A stretch of DNA of 59,038 nt, filler included. It is 8 parts of 8 records of this genome, joined end to end, with 100 filler letters (N's around TTAATTAATTAA, not from the genome) between each part and the next. Parts side by side here need not be neighbours in the genome. Positions count along the whole stretch, not along the records: positions 1 to 11,092 come from DRR723986_16885; positions 11,193 to 16,557 come from DRR723986_16896; 6 more parts are not named here. One strand, given 5' to 3'. Of this stretch, positions 1 to 12,929 are shown one piece after another. Positions within the stretch are counted from its first letter, which is position 1. Every line of letters begins with the position of its first letter. The notes under the pieces were generated by a model. It worked only from the letters and a program-made list of their open reading frames with translations. It had not been told where the DNA came from and searched no databases. The translations under genes were made by a program, and so were the position numbers.

Positions 1-2337
1 AATACAGGTGTTCTGCGCTTGATCTTCTTTCAAGATATCGGCTTGTACAGTTCCTCTAACTTTCGTCAAGGTATCTGCTTTAATCTTTGCATAAACATCT
101 GCAGGTAATACCTGATCTCCTGTTAAGCCAAGCAACATCAACCCTAAACCATCATTACCCTCTGGTAATTCTCCTTGATAAGCTGGACGCGTTAATCCTT
201 TAGCATCATAAATTTCTTTGTACGCCTTTTCAACATCCGCTTCTAATCCGTTTTCTTTGATGTACACTTCACATTCTTGATCGATTGCGGCATTCATAAA
301 GAATCCTAACAACATTGGTGCTGGACCGTTAATGGTCATGGACACTGAAGTTTTCGGGTCTGATAATCTAAATCCTGAATACAACTTCTTGGCATCATCT
401 AAACAACAAATTGAAACGCCAGAGTTTCCGATTTTACCGTAAATATCTGGTCTCAAATCTGGATCATTTCCATATAGCGTAACAGAGTCAAATGCCGTTG
501 ATAAACGCTTTGCTGGCATTCCTAATGAAACATAATGGAATCTTCTGTTCGTTCTCTCTGGTCCACCTTCACCTGCGAACATTCTAGTTGGGTCTTCCCC
601 TTCTCTTTTGAATGGGAACAAACCTGCAGTATAAGGGAATTCACCCGGCACATTTTCTTGCAATGACCATCTCAATACATCTCCCCAACCTTTGTATTTT
701 GGTAATGCTACTTTAGGAATTTGAAGATGCGAAAGTGATTCAGAATGCGTATCAATCGATAATTCTTTATCTCTTACTTTAAACTTGTAAACTGGCTCTT
801 TGTAACGTTGAACTTTTTCTTGCCATCCTTCAATGACAATCCAGTTTTTAGGATCTAATTCCAATTTAACTTTTTCAAAAGTTTCTTGTAAACCTTTGAT
901 CAGTCTATCTTTATCTTCAATTTGAGAATTTTTCAAGGTCTCCATTGAAGAGTTTAATCCGTGTAATTGATCAGCAACAGCTACTTGCTCATCTACCCAT
1001 TTATCGTATCCCCTATTGTTCTCAGAGATTTCAGATAAATAACGTGTTCTAGCCGGTGGAATCACAAATATCTTTTCAGACATTTCAGCAGTGATTTCAA
1101 AAGTAGATTTTAGGTCTGCTCCTGTTTTCTCAGCCACTTTATCCATAATTGCTTTGTACAATGAATTCATTCCAGGATCATTGAATTGAGATGCGATTGT
1201 TCCGTAAACCGGCATTTCATCCATTGGTGTATCCCACAAATCATTGTTACGCATGTATTGTTTTTTGACATCACGAATCGCATCTAAAGCTCCTCTTTTG
1301 TCAAACTTATTCAGTGCAACTAAATCAGCAAAATCAAGCATGTCGATTTTCTCCAACTGCGTAGCAGCACCAAATTCAGGCGTCATCACGTACAATGAAA
1401 CATCTGAGTGATCCATGATCTCTGTATCTGATTGTCCGATTCCTGAAGTTTCAAGGATGATTAAATCAAACTTGGCTGCTTTTAAAATTTCTAAGGCTTC
1501 TGAAACGTGCTTTGACAAGGCTAGATTTGATTGACGCGTAGCCAATGAACGCATGTAAACGCGTTTATTTTTAATCGCATTCATTCGAATTCTATCACCT
1601 AGTAAAGCTCCACCAGTTTTTCTTTTTGATGGATCAACAGAAACAATCGCAATTTCTTTTTCAGGAAAATCGATTAAGAATCTTCTTACTAATTCATCTA
1701 CCAATGAAGATTTACCTGCTCCACCGGTTCCGGTAATTCCGAGAATAGGTGTATCTACTTTTGATGCCAATTCATGCACCTTATTTAACTCATCTTTACT
1801 TTGCTCAGGGAAGTTCTCAGCGGCAGAAATCAATTTCGCAATATCCACAGGGTTTTTAGACTCTAAATGGTTCACTTCTCCATTTAATTTATCTCCTGTA
1901 GGGAAATCTGATTTTTCTACCAAATCATTGATCATTCCTTGCAATCCCATTGATCGTCCATCATCTGGATGATAGATTCTTGTGATTCCGTAAGCCTGTA
2001 ATTCTTCAATTTCGGAAGGAAGGATCGTTCCACCACCACCAGCGAATATTTTGATATGTTCAGCTCCTTTTTCTTTCAAAAGGTCATACATATATTTTAA
2101 ATATTCTGTGTGTCCACCTTGGTAAGATGTCATTGCAATTGCTTGAGCATCTTCTTGAATAGCGCAGTCAACAACTTCTTCAACTGAACGGTCGTGTCCA
2201 AGATGAATCACTTCACATCCAGTAGATTGGATGATTCTACGCATGATATTAATAGCAGCATCATGCCCGTCAAAAAGAGAGGCAGCTGTAACGATTCTTA
2301 CTTTATTCTGTGGTTTATATGGGGCGATTTTCTCCAT
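1..2337 (-). CDS. icmF: Fused isobutyryl-CoA mutase / MeaB-like GTPase (B12-dependent), 3'-truncated at the window edge
   Basis: Absent from the ORF track; translated by hand from ATG 2337: [37 protein letters not shown] (B12-binding domain), P-loop GTGGAGKSS near 1705-1735, mutase motif [18 protein letters not shown] near 535-585. Confidence 0.93.
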   Translation of the reverse strand, partial: MEKIAPYKPQNKVRIVTAASLFDGHDAAINIMRRIIQSTGCEVIHLGHDRSVEEVVDCAIQEDAQAIAMTSYQGGHTEYLKYMYDLLKEKGAEHIKIFAGGGGTILPSEIEELQAYGITRIYHPDDGRSMGLQGMINDLVEKSDFPTGDKLNGEVNHLESKNPVDIAKLISAAENFPEQSKDELNKVHELASKVDTPILGITGTGGAGKSSLVDELVRRFLIDFPEKEIAIVSVDPSKRKTGGALLGDRIRMNAIKNKRVYMRSLATRQSNLALSKHVSEALEILKAAKFDLIILETSGIGQSDTEIMDHSDVSLYVMTPEFGAATQLEKIDMLDFADLVALNKFDKRGALDAIRDVKKQYMRNNDLWDTPMDEMPVYGTIASQFNDPGMNSLYKAIMDKVAEKTGADLKSTFEITAEMSEKIFVIPPARTRYLSEISENNRGYDKWVDEQVAVADQLHGLNSSMETLKNSQIEDKDRLIKGLQETFEKVKLELDPKNWIVIEGWQEKVQRYKEPVYKFKVRDKELSIDTHSESLSHLQIPKVALPKYKGWGDVLRWSLQENVPGEFPYTAGLFPFKREGEDPTRMFAGEGGPERTNRRFHYVSLGMPAKRLSTAFDSVTLYGNDPDLRPDIYGKIGNSGVSICCLDDAKKLYSGFRLSDPKTSVSMTINGPAPMLLGFFMNAAIDQECEVYIKENGLEADVEKAYKEIYDAKGLTRPAYQGELPEGNDGLGLMLLGLTGDQVLPADVYAKIKADTLTKVRGTVQADILKEDQAQNTCI

Positions 2338-2392
2338 TTATCGGTCGATTTTAAGAAGACCAAATATAATGAATTTAACGCCATTTTTAGCA

Positions 2393-2851
2393 TCACAAAC
2401 TCCTTTTCAGAGCCATAATATATCCTAAATGTAGAGCCTGGTGCAAATTTGAAAATTTCAGGCATTCTTCAAATGAGTTTAAATCAAAATTATAGGATGT
2501 TGAATAAGGAATATTTTCACCGAAGAAACTCTCTTTTTTCAGATCCTCTTCCAATTCATCAACTTGATTCAATAATTCAGAAGTTATAAACTCAAATTCC
2601 GCTTGAACAATAGGAGATTCAGGAACCGACCCCTTTTTATACTTTACAACAAAGTCTTTCTCTAAACCACCAGGAGCTGAATTTAACTGATAAACCAATC
2701 CTTTATGCGTAGACACCATATGACCAATGTGCCAAGCAATATTCCCTGTAAATCCATCCGGAATTTTATTGATTTGATCTAACGTTAAGCCTTTGAGCAA
2801 ACCTATTGTGTTAGTTCTAGTTGCTCTAAATAATTCTAATTCTGTTTTCAT
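2393..2851 (-). CDS. DinB/YfiT family protein
   Basis: NIAWHIGH and HQALH His motifs. Start moved to ATG 2851 (MKTELEL) because the TTG extension reads through a repeat array. Confidence 0.8.
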   Translation of the reverse strand: MKTELELFRATRTNTIGLLKGLTLDQINKIPDGFTGNIAWHIGHMVSTHKGLVYQLNSAPGGLEKDFVVKYKKGSVPESPIVQAEFEFITSELLNQVDELEEDLKKESFFGENIPYSTSYNFDLNSFEECLKFSNLHQALHLGYIMALKRSL

Positions 2852-2856
2852 GATTC

Positions 2857-2895
2857 CAAATAATTTAATGATGCAATAATTCAATTATAAAATTA
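2857..2895. repeat. Degenerate 8-bp tandem array downstream of the four-helix-bundle gene
   Basis: Plus strand CAAATAAT TTAATGAT GCAATAAT TCAATTAT AAAATTA; inverted relative to the array at 3233-3270. Confidence 0.6.
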
Positions 2896-3234
2896 CCTTT
2901 TTGAACTTGCTATAATTTTAAATAATATCATTTTTATTGATTTTATATCCTTCAATAAATCGCCTGGATCAGGATAACCGTCCGAGTCCCTACAAATCAA
3001 CAACCAATACTCCGACTCGTCTGCTTCTTTGGCGGCTACTACCATTTTTGCAGCAAAATCAGCTTTGGAATGTGAACTTTGAGATTCTCGAACATTGGCC
3101 CCAACTGAAGTTCCAGAACGAATAAGCTGATTCGAAATAGCGAACTTTCTGCTTTCATCTAGCTTATTGCAAAAAGCTACTATTTTCAACGCAAAGGCAT
3201 AAGTTTGATCTAATATTTCATTTTTGCGTTCCAT
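2893..3234 (-). CDS. Four helix bundle protein (23S rRNA IVP-like, TIGR02436 type)
   Basis: QLIRSGTSVGANVRE...SKADF..K...A.KEA.E..YWL signature, 113 aa. Confidence 0.92.
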   Translation of the reverse strand: MERKNEILDQTYAFALKIVAFCNKLDESRKFAISNQLIRSGTSVGANVRESQSSHSKADFAAKMVVAAKEADESEYWLLICRDSDGYPDPGDLLKDIKSIKMILFKIIASSKR

Positions 3235-3270
3235 TGAATTATTTCATTATTGGATAATTGAATAATTTAG
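3233..3270. repeat. Degenerate 8-bp tandem array upstream of the four-helix-bundle gene
   Basis: Minus strand TAAATTAT TCAATTAT CCAATAAT GAAATAAT TCAAT(G), filling the whole intergenic gap. Confidence 0.6.
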
Positions 3271-3974
3271 TTGCCTAACACAAAAACACAAGGCGTTTTA
3301 TCAAACTGAAACTTACCTTTTCGCCAGTCTTCAATGGATTTGGTTATAATTTTTTCTTCTGGCCCTGTGACATCATAGGCAACACAAAGCTTTAAATCAG
3401 CATGCCCGTGCTTCAAGAAATCTTCAAATATTGTTTCGTTCCTGTATGGTGTTTCAATGAAAATTTGAGCAAATGAAGTTTTAACGATAGTCGTTACGAC
3501 ATTTTTCAACTCTTTGGAGCGTTCTGGATCTTTTTTTGGCAAATACCCATTAAATGTAAATCCATTTCCATTCATTCCGCTTGCAGATAGGGCCATTAAT
3601 ATTGAACTTGGTCCCACTAACGGAACTACTTCAATTCCTGAGTATTGACACATAGATACAATTTGGCTACCAGGGTCAGCAATAGCTGGATATCCCGACT
3701 CTGAAATTAAGCCTACATCATTCCCTGCTTTTAACTCATCCAAAATTTCCATTTGAAATGAATAATCATTGTGTTTATCCAATTCGTAGAAAACGGAATC
3801 ATCAATCGGAAATTCTCGGTCCATTTTTCTTAAAAACTGTCGTGCTGTCTTAATCTTTTCAACAACAAAAAACCTAAGAGCAGAAACAGTTTGTTTATTA
3901 AAATCAGGTAACACTCTTTCGAGAGGAGACTCACTGATGTTTATCGGAACGATATAAAGTTTACCCTTTGACAT
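3267..3974 (-). CDS. SAM-dependent methyltransferase, RsmI-like tetrapyrrole methylase fold
   Basis: GLISESGYPAIADPG, VVPLVGPSSILMAL.ASG, FIETPYRN motifs; start at ATG 3974 (MSKGKLY). Confidence 0.88.
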   Translation of the reverse strand: MSKGKLYIVPINISESPLERVLPDFNKQTVSALRFFVVEKIKTARQFLRKMDREFPIDDSVFYELDKHNDYSFQMEILDELKAGNDVGLISESGYPAIADPGSQIVSMCQYSGIEVVPLVGPSSILMALSASGMNGNGFTFNGYLPKKDPERSKELKNVVTTIVKTSFAQIFIETPYRNETIFEDFLKHGHADLKLCVAYDVTGPEEKIITKSIEDWRKGKFQFDKTPCVFVLGN

Positions 3975-4425
3975 ACTTCTCAATAATTACATCCGTAGCA
4001 ACATCTAGTAAGTCAAATACATGTTGAAATCCTTCATCCCCTCCGTAATATGGATCAGGAACCGCTTGATTTTTTCCTGGATTCACTTCATTTAAAATTA
4101 ATTTGACTTTGCTTTTATCCTCTTCGTTTCTAGCAAGGGCAATCATATTGTTGTAATTAGACGAATCCATTGCATAAATCAAATCAAACTTATCATAATC
4201 TTGAGCCACGAATTGCCTTGCCTTTAAATCGTCAATATTTACACCATTCGATTTAGCTGTTTGTCGCATTCTGGCATCAGGTGCTTCGCCAATGTGATAA
4301 GAAGATGTTCCGGCAGAATCAGTCGATACTCCTTCAATGTTTTGGTCAAGTAATTTCTGTCGAAGAATTCCTTCTGCAATTGGGGAACGACAGATGTTCC
4401 CTAAACATACCATCAATATTTTCAT
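3961..4425 (-). CDS. Low molecular weight protein-tyrosine phosphatase
   Basis: VCLGNICRS active-site loop and DPYY motif. Confidence 0.95.
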   Translation of the reverse strand: MKILMVCLGNICRSPIAEGILRQKLLDQNIEGVSTDSAGTSSYHIGEAPDARMRQTAKSNGVNIDDLKARQFVAQDYDKFDLIYAMDSSNYNNMIALARNEEDKSKVKLILNEVNPGKNQAVPDPYYGGDEGFQHVFDLLDVATDVIIEKYVKG

Positions 4426-4436
4426 GCCATAAAAAT

Positions 4437-4466
4437 AAAAAACCCTGACACTTTGGTCAGGGTTTT
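4437..4466 (-). terminator. Intrinsic terminator after dnaA
   Basis: AAAACCCTGAC-ACTTTG-GTCAGGGTTTT hairpin with a T-run on the minus strand, just after the dnaA stop. Confidence 0.75.
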
Positions 4467-4469
4467 AAA

Positions 4470-5909
4470 TTAATTAACGTTTAATTTTTTTTCTAAGTCT
4501 TCAAGATAGCCTCTGAATTGTTTATCAGTTTCAGCTAAGTTGTTAACTGTTCGACATGCGTGAAGCACAGTGGCGTGGTCTTTACCTCCACATTGAGCTC
4601 CGATACTTGCCAATGACCATTTTGTCATTTTCTTAGCAAAGTACATTGCAATTTGTCTAGCTTGAACAACTTCTCTTTTTCTAGTCTTAGATTTCAACAA
4701 CTCAATTGGTAAGTTGAAATAGTCGCAAACAATCTTGTGGATATAATCCATAGATACTTCACGAGCAGTATTTTTAACGAAAGTGTCAATCATTTTCTTC
4801 GCTAGCTCAATGGTAACAGCTTTCTTGTTTAAAGAAGCCTGAGCAATTAACGAAGTCAATGCACCTTCCATTTCACGGATGTTTGTATTGATACTATAAG
4901 CTAAGTATTCAATTACATCCTCTGGAAGATCGACACCGTTTCCGTAAATTTTTCTTTGTAAGATTGCGATTCTAGTTTCTAATCCAGGTGCTTGAACATC
5001 TGCTGATAATCCCCATTTAAAACGAGATAATAATCTTTGTTCAATTCCTTTCATTTCTACAGGAGCTTTATCAGCGGTAAGCACCAATTGCTTTCCTGTT
5101 TGATGAAGATGATTAAAAATGTGGAAGAATGCGTCTTGTGTTTTTTCCTTTCCGGCAAAGAACTGTACGTCATCAATAATCAATACGTCCATCAATTTAT
5201 AAAAGTTGATGAAGTCGTTTGTTGTATTGTTCTTTATAGAATCAATAAACTGACGTGTAAATGTTTCTGCTTGCGCATACAAAACTGTTTTGTTTGGAAA
5301 TTGATTTTTGATTCCAATTCCGATTGCATGCGCTAAGTGTGTTTTTCCTAATCCTACACCTCCATAAATTAATAATGGATTAAAAGCTGTTCCTCCGGGT
5401 TTATTTGAAACAGCAAAAGCAGCAGAACGGGCTAATCTGTTGCAGTCTCCTTCAACAAAGTTGTCAAAAGAATACGTAGGGTTTAAATTTGAATCTACAT
5501 TTACTTTCTTAAGGCCTGGAATTACAAATGGGTTTCTTATTGGATTTTCTCCAATATTCAAAGGCATTGAAACAGGTGTATTCGATAAATTCTTTTTACT
5601 TGAAGTTGGAAGATTTACAGTGTAAGGTGTTTTCTTGCTATCAGAACTTCGATCCATAATGATCGAGTACTCTAGTTTCGCCTCTGGCCCTATCTCCTTC
5701 TTAATCACCTTCTTTAATAAATCAATGTAATGTTCTTCTAACCACTCGTAAAAGAAATGTGAAGGCACCTGAAGCGTCAAAACCTTATTCTTGAATCGGA
5801 TTGGGGCAATTGGCTCGAACCAAGTCTTAAAACTTTGAAGGCTTATATTATCTTTGATCACCTTCAAGCAATCTTCCCAAATCAACTCATGGTTTTTTTT
5901 GTTTTTCAT
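4470..5909 (-). CDS. dnaA: Chromosomal replication initiator DnaA
   Basis: FNPLLIYGGVGLGKTHL Walker A, IDDVQF Walker B, C-terminal GGKDHATVLHA domain IV. Confidence 0.99.
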   Translation of the reverse strand: MKNKKNHELIWEDCLKVIKDNISLQSFKTWFEPIAPIRFKNKVLTLQVPSHFFYEWLEEHYIDLLKKVIKKEIGPEAKLEYSIIMDRSSDSKKTPYTVNLPTSSKKNLSNTPVSMPLNIGENPIRNPFVIPGLKKVNVDSNLNPTYSFDNFVEGDCNRLARSAAFAVSNKPGGTAFNPLLIYGGVGLGKTHLAHAIGIGIKNQFPNKTVLYAQAETFTRQFIDSIKNNTTNDFINFYKLMDVLIIDDVQFFAGKEKTQDAFFHIFNHLHQTGKQLVLTADKAPVEMKGIEQRLLSRFKWGLSADVQAPGLETRIAILQRKIYGNGVDLPEDVIEYLAYSINTNIREMEGALTSLIAQASLNKKAVTIELAKKMIDTFVKNTAREVSMDYIHKIVCDYFNLPIELLKSKTRKREVVQARQIAMYFAKKMTKWSLASIGAQCGGKDHATVLHACRTVNNLAETDKQFRGYLEDLEKKLNVN

Positions 5910-6135
5910 TCAGGTACAGGTTAAAAAAGTTTTGCTAAAACTGGTTTTGTTATTTTCAAAAACAGTGAACAAATATTCACATAAAAAAGTTATAAAAAAA
6001 ATAAAATTCGTGTTGTTTTTTAAAAATATTTTACAGCTAGAATTTTTAAAAAAAATGTCCCGGAAAAATTTTGTGCAAAAGAAATTAATTCTATTTTACA
6101 ATCCATTTAATTACGGATAACCACAATATACAAAA
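5910..6135. promoter_or_regulatory. AT-rich dnaA upstream region with DnaA-box-like sites
   Basis: TGTGCAAAA at 6072-6080 (reverse complement TTTTGCACA fits TTWTNCACA); ATATTCACA at 5973-5981 has one mismatch. Confidence 0.45.
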
Positions 6136-6543
6136 ATGTTCTCAAATTCAAGCCACTTGCGCATTAGATATAGCGAAACTGATCAAATGGGTTACTGTTA
6201 TTACGGGAATTACGCTCAATTTTTTGAAATCGGAAGGGTAGAAACTTTACGCGAAATTGGAGTCAGTTATAAGGAATTAGAAGCGCGTGGAATTATGCTT
6301 CCGGTGGTTGACTTAAACGTTAAATATCTACGTCCAGCACTTTATGATGATCTGATTGAAATCAAAACTTTTTTAAGAAAAGTACCCGGAATAAAAATTG
6401 AATTTGATTACGAAATTTATAACGAAAAAAAAGAACTGTTAACTACGGCAAAAACGACTTTAGTTTTTGTTAATTCAGAAACAATGAAGCCAACTCAAGT
6501 TCCTGAAGATTTAAAAACGATCATTGAAAGCCATCTGGGCTAA
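6136..6543 (+). CDS. Acyl-CoA thioesterase, YbgC/FadM family
   Basis: RIRYSETDQMG..YYGNY..FFE.GR 4HBT hotdog motif. Confidence 0.9.
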   Translation: MFSNSSHLRIRYSETDQMGYCYYGNYAQFFEIGRVETLREIGVSYKELEARGIMLPVVDLNVKYLRPALYDDLIEIKTFLRKVPGIKIEFDYEIYNEKKELLTTAKTTLVFVNSETMKPTQVPEDLKTIIESHLG

Positions 6544-6839
6544 AAATCTTCACAAAGAAATTGGTAATTATCTAGGGTAGTAGTATCCTCCATTCCCTGA
6601 TACCATTGCTCAATTGTAAAGGACTCTCCTTTGTTCTCCTTAATGCATTCTTCCCTAAAAGGAAGTCCATCTTCACCTGTAAGGATCAAACCTTCTTTTT
6701 TGGTTACCACAGTTTCTTCTCCATTCACCCCTTGCTCTATAGTGGTTACATCATAAGAATAACTGCAACGCTTACATTTTTCACAAGAACTTGTAAAAAT
6801 AACCAGTCCAAAAACCAAGAAAAATAACTTTGGTGTCAT
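6540..6839 (-). CDS. Small lipoprotein of unknown function
   Basis: From ATG 6839: hydrophobic signal, lipobox TSSC, then EKCKRC. Confidence 0.65.
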   Translation of the reverse strand: MTPKLFFLVFGLVIFTSSCEKCKRCSYSYDVTTIEQGVNGEETVVTKKEGLILTGEDGLPFREECIKENKGESFTIEQWYQGMEDTTTLDNYQFLCEDF

Positions 6840-6872
6840 AGCTTTGTTGTTTAGGTCAAAGATATAAAACAA

Positions 6873-7538
6873 ATGCAGAAGAAAATTATTGTGACGGGGG
6901 ACAAATCTAAAACTTTGTTAATTCCAGAATTAAACGAAACCTACCATTCAACTAAAGGCGCAATTCAAGAAGCCCAACACGTATTTATTAAGGAAGGGTT
7001 AAATTTTACCGATCGAAAAGAGATCAACCTACTCGAAATGGGTTTTGGAACTGGTCTAAACGCACTTCTTAGCTTGAACGAATCTAATGCGTCATCAAAA
7101 AAGCTTTTTTACACCACAATCGAGGCATACCCCATCTCTTTTGAACTCGCCCACCAAATGGAATACATCAAATCCCTTGATTTTAAACATCTTAACAACC
7201 CTTATCGGGAGATGCATGAGTGTCAGGTTGAAAATTGGTTGAAGATTTCACCTTATTTTGAATTCTATAAAATTGAGCTTTCCCTATTTGACTGTAAACT
7301 TCCTATCTCCCATTTTGACCTCGTATTCTATGATGCTTTCGGACCTAAAATCCAACCAGATCTTTGGACAACAGAGGCTTTAAAGATTATAAGTAAATCC
7401 ATGAAAACTGGCGGAATTTTGGTCACTTACTGTGCTCAGGGCCAATTCAAACGGAATCTAAAAACTCTAGGATTTGATGTTGACTCGATTCCTGGTCCAC
7501 CAGGCAAGAGAGAAATGACACGAGCAACCAAACGCTAA
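6873..7538 (+). CDS. mnmD: tRNA mnm5s2U34 methyltransferase (stand-alone MnmC methyltransferase domain)
   Basis: ETYHS..GA.QEA.HVF, LEMGFGTGLN, FYDAFGP, PGPPGKREM. Confidence 0.9.
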   Translation: MQKKIIVTGDKSKTLLIPELNETYHSTKGAIQEAQHVFIKEGLNFTDRKEINLLEMGFGTGLNALLSLNESNASSKKLFYTTIEAYPISFELAHQMEYIKSLDFKHLNNPYREMHECQVENWLKISPYFEFYKIELSLFDCKLPISHFDLVFYDAFGPKIQPDLWTTEALKIISKSMKTGGILVTYCAQGQFKRNLKTLGFDVDSIPGPPGKREMTRATKR

Positions 7539-7639
7539 TTCTTAATAAAGTTTATTATCCGTTGAATACTTTTTAATAAACGAACTTGCCGCTGTATGAA
7601 TTCTAACTAATTTTACTTGCACTCTTTAAACAAAGATTA

Positions 7640-10490
<2,851 letters not shown>

Positions 10491-10491
<1 letters not shown>

Positions 10492-10994
10492 TGGGGCCAT
10501 TGAAAAACACTTTCCTAAAAAAACGCAGCCAGAACAACCTGTCCAGATCAGTTTGGTTAAAGCCCGCAGCTGATGTAAGATCAGTTCTGTTAGTAACAAA
10601 TAATGAAGATAAAACTGCAAAAAAGTTATTAGAAGAACAATTCCCGAAATCAAAAATCCATCATTTATACCTTCGGGAAATAAAGGAAGATAGAAGTGTA
10701 GGATTCTATTACACTGTGCATAAATCCGATTTTAATTTAACGGGTAATTTGAAAAATGATAAATTAAAAAATTTAGAAAAATTCAATTACGATTTACTAT
10801 TAGATTTGTCCCAAAATTCAGAGCTTTTAGATTATTTCATCAAGAAATCTGATGCCGCGTGTAAGATTGGTAATTTTGGATCTAAAAAAGCGGACAGTTA
10901 TGATTTGATGGTCAACTTTGGGTCTAAAAATTCTGAATCTATAATGAATGCAATTAAACAGCTTAACACATTAACGAAAAATGAACAAATTTAG
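10491..10994 (+). CDS. Conserved Bacteroidota hypothetical protein (DUF6913-like) between ligA and dapA
   Basis: Overlaps both neighbours, suggesting translational coupling; YDLLLDL and A.CKIG..YDLM motifs. Family name recalled, not verified. Confidence 0.65.
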
Positions 10995-11092
10995 AGGATT
11001 AGGCGTTGCCATGGTAACACCTTTTGACAGTCAAGGAAATATAGATTTTAATGCACTTGATAAGTTAACTGAATTTTTAATTAGTGGCGGGG
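10981..11092 (+). CDS. dapA: 4-hydroxy-tetrahydrodipicolinate synthase, N-terminal fragment
   Basis: Hand translation MNKFRGLGVAMVTPFDSQGNIDFNALDKL; runs into the spacer. Confidence 0.88.
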
Positions 11093-11192
11093 NNNNNNNN
11101 NNNNNNNNNNNNNNNNNNNNNNNNNNNNNNNNNNNNTTAATTAATTAANNNNNNNNNNNNNNNNNNNNNNNNNNNNNNNNNNNNNNNNNNNN
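11093..11192. other. Artificial contig spacer N44-TTAATTAATTAA-N44. Identical spacers at 16558-16657, 26497-26596, 32659-32758, 40264-40363, 47605-47704 and 52892-52991
   Basis: Same 100-nt layout each time with a six-frame stop linker; composition changes and genes are cut at most junctions. Confidence 0.99.
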
Positions 11193-12917
11193 GAACTGTT
11201 GCCGCCGTACTGGACCCGCAAGAACCCCATCGACCTGAACTATGACGCCACGCCCGAGCTCTATGGCAAGGCTATCAAGATTCTGGCGAAGGACCCTAAC
11301 GTGGCTAACGTACTGGTGATGTACGCACCCACACTGATCGAAGACAGCCTGCAGATTGCCGATTCCGTGGTGCAGGCGTCCAAGGGCACCCGCCTGAACA
11401 TCTTTACCTGCTGGTTGGGGCAGAGCACGGTGATGGATTCCCGGGAAGAGTTTTACCGGGCGGGGTTGCCATCGTTCTTTAACCCGGAAAAAGCGGTGAT
11501 GGCGTTTATGCAGCATGTTCGGCATCAGCGCATTCAGCGGCTGCTGACCGAGACGCCCGAATCGTTTACAGACCACTTCGCCGACCGGGCCAACACCCGC
11601 AAACTGGTCGCCAGGGCCTTGCGGGATGGCCGGCGGCATCTGTCCAACCGGGAAGCCCGGCGGGTGATTTGCGACTATGGCATCAATACCATTGAAACCG
11701 TCTACTGTGATGACGTGGAAGAGGTGCTGGAGGTCTTCGCAGTCGAGCGCCGCCCCATTGATGTAACTGTTATCCACGAAGATGTGTGTTATCCGTTCCT
11801 GGATCTGAGCCCGACCCAGCGCCGCTACAAGGGCACGGTCAAAAAGCTCAACAGCGAACAGGTGATCATCGATAGCTGCCGCTTCCTGATGGACGAATAT
11901 CGGGAGCATTTCCCGAAAAGCGGGTTCCTGGGTTTTGCCGTCCAGCGTTCCTACCAGCATGTTGGCGGCATCGAGTTCAGTGTGGGGATCACTCGTGATG
12001 AGGTGTTCGGGCCGCTGGTGGTTTGCGGGGCAGCCGGTGCCCAGATCAATATCATGACCGATCGCCAGATTGCGTTGCCGCCCCTGAACATGGTGCTGGC
12101 CCGCGAGCTGCTGCGGCGTACTTACATGTACAAACTGCTTAAAGAACACAGCCTGAAGCCGGAAGAGGATATCCGGGCGGTGTCCGAAACCCTGGTGACG
12201 CTGTCACAGATTGTGATCGATATACCAGAGATCAAGGGCCTGGAAATCTCGCCATTGCTATTCAATGAGCAGGGCGCCGTTGCTGTAAACATCGCCATTG
12301 ACCTGGATGAACATCCGATCAAGCCCATTATCCAGCCCTACCCGCGAGAGCTGGAGGAGTGGCTGGTATTGCCCAAATCCGGTCGCCGCGTGATTATTCG
12401 CCCGGTGCTGGCGGAGGATGAGCCTGCTCATCGGCTGTTTCACGAGCATCAGTCTCCGGAATCCATCCGTTACCGATTCTTCCAGTACCGCAAGCATTTT
12501 TCCCGGGAAGACGTGGCCCAGATGGTGCAAATCGACTATGACCGGGAAATGGTGTTCATCGCCAATGCGCCCCGTGAAGATGGTGAAGGCGAGGAGACCC
12601 TGGGTACGGTGCGTACCTGGACCGATGCCGACAATCTGCGTTGCGAGTTCGCCGTCATGGTAGATGACCGGATGAAAGGCGAAGGCCTGGGCGTGGCCCT
12701 TATGCAGAAGATGATTGATTATTGCCGTGCCCGGGGCACCATGGAAATGATCGGCAATGTGTTGCCGGACAACCGGCCGATGTTGCAGCTGGCTGAGCAT
12801 CTGGGGTTCGAAATCAAATACAACCCGGAGGAAGAAGTGATGGATCTGCGACTGGTACTGAACGAGCCGCAGAAAGACTGGCAGAAGGAACGGCTGGGCA
12901 AAGGGGGGCATCTGTAG
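11193..12917 (+). CDS. Pat/YfiQ-type protein lysine acetyltransferase (acyl-CoA ligase-like domains plus GNAT), 5'-truncated
   Basis: NPIDL..DA.PE.Y, DEVFGPLV, ALPPLN, then GNAT region S.RYRFF...IDYDREM, EFAVMV, GEGLG..LM. Confidence 0.9.
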   Translation, partial: ELLPPYWTRKNPIDLNYDATPELYGKAIKILAKDPNVANVLVMYAPTLIEDSLQIADSVVQASKGTRLNIFTCWLGQSTVMDSREEFYRAGLPSFFNPEKAVMAFMQHVRHQRIQRLLTETPESFTDHFADRANTRKLVARALRDGRRHLSNREARRVICDYGINTIETVYCDDVEEVLEVFAVERRPIDVTVIHEDVCYPFLDLSPTQRRYKGTVKKLNSEQVIIDSCRFLMDEYREHFPKSGFLGFAVQRSYQHVGGIEFSVGITRDEVFGPLVVCGAAGAQINIMTDRQIALPPLNMVLARELLRRTYMYKLLKEHSLKPEEDIRAVSETLVTLSQIVIDIPEIKGLEISPLLFNEQGAVAVNIAIDLDEHPIKPIIQPYPRELEEWLVLPKSGRRVIIRPVLAEDEPAHRLFHEHQSPESIRYRFFQYRKHFSREDVAQMVQIDYDREMVFIANAPREDGEGEETLGTVRTWTDADNLRCEFAVMVDDRMKGEGLGVALMQKMIDYCRARGTMEMIGNVLPDNRPMLQLAEHLGFEIKYNPEEEVMDLRLVLNEPQKDWQKERLGKGGHL

Positions 12918-12929
12918 CCCCCCGTTCCT

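Noticed and set aside
5910-6135. Definitive oriC call
   Set aside because: Only one consensus DnaA box and no skew information from an 11-kb fragment.
11137-11148. Recurrent TTAATTAATTAA motif as a biological repeat
   Set aside because: Always centred in N-runs; an artificial six-frame stop linker.
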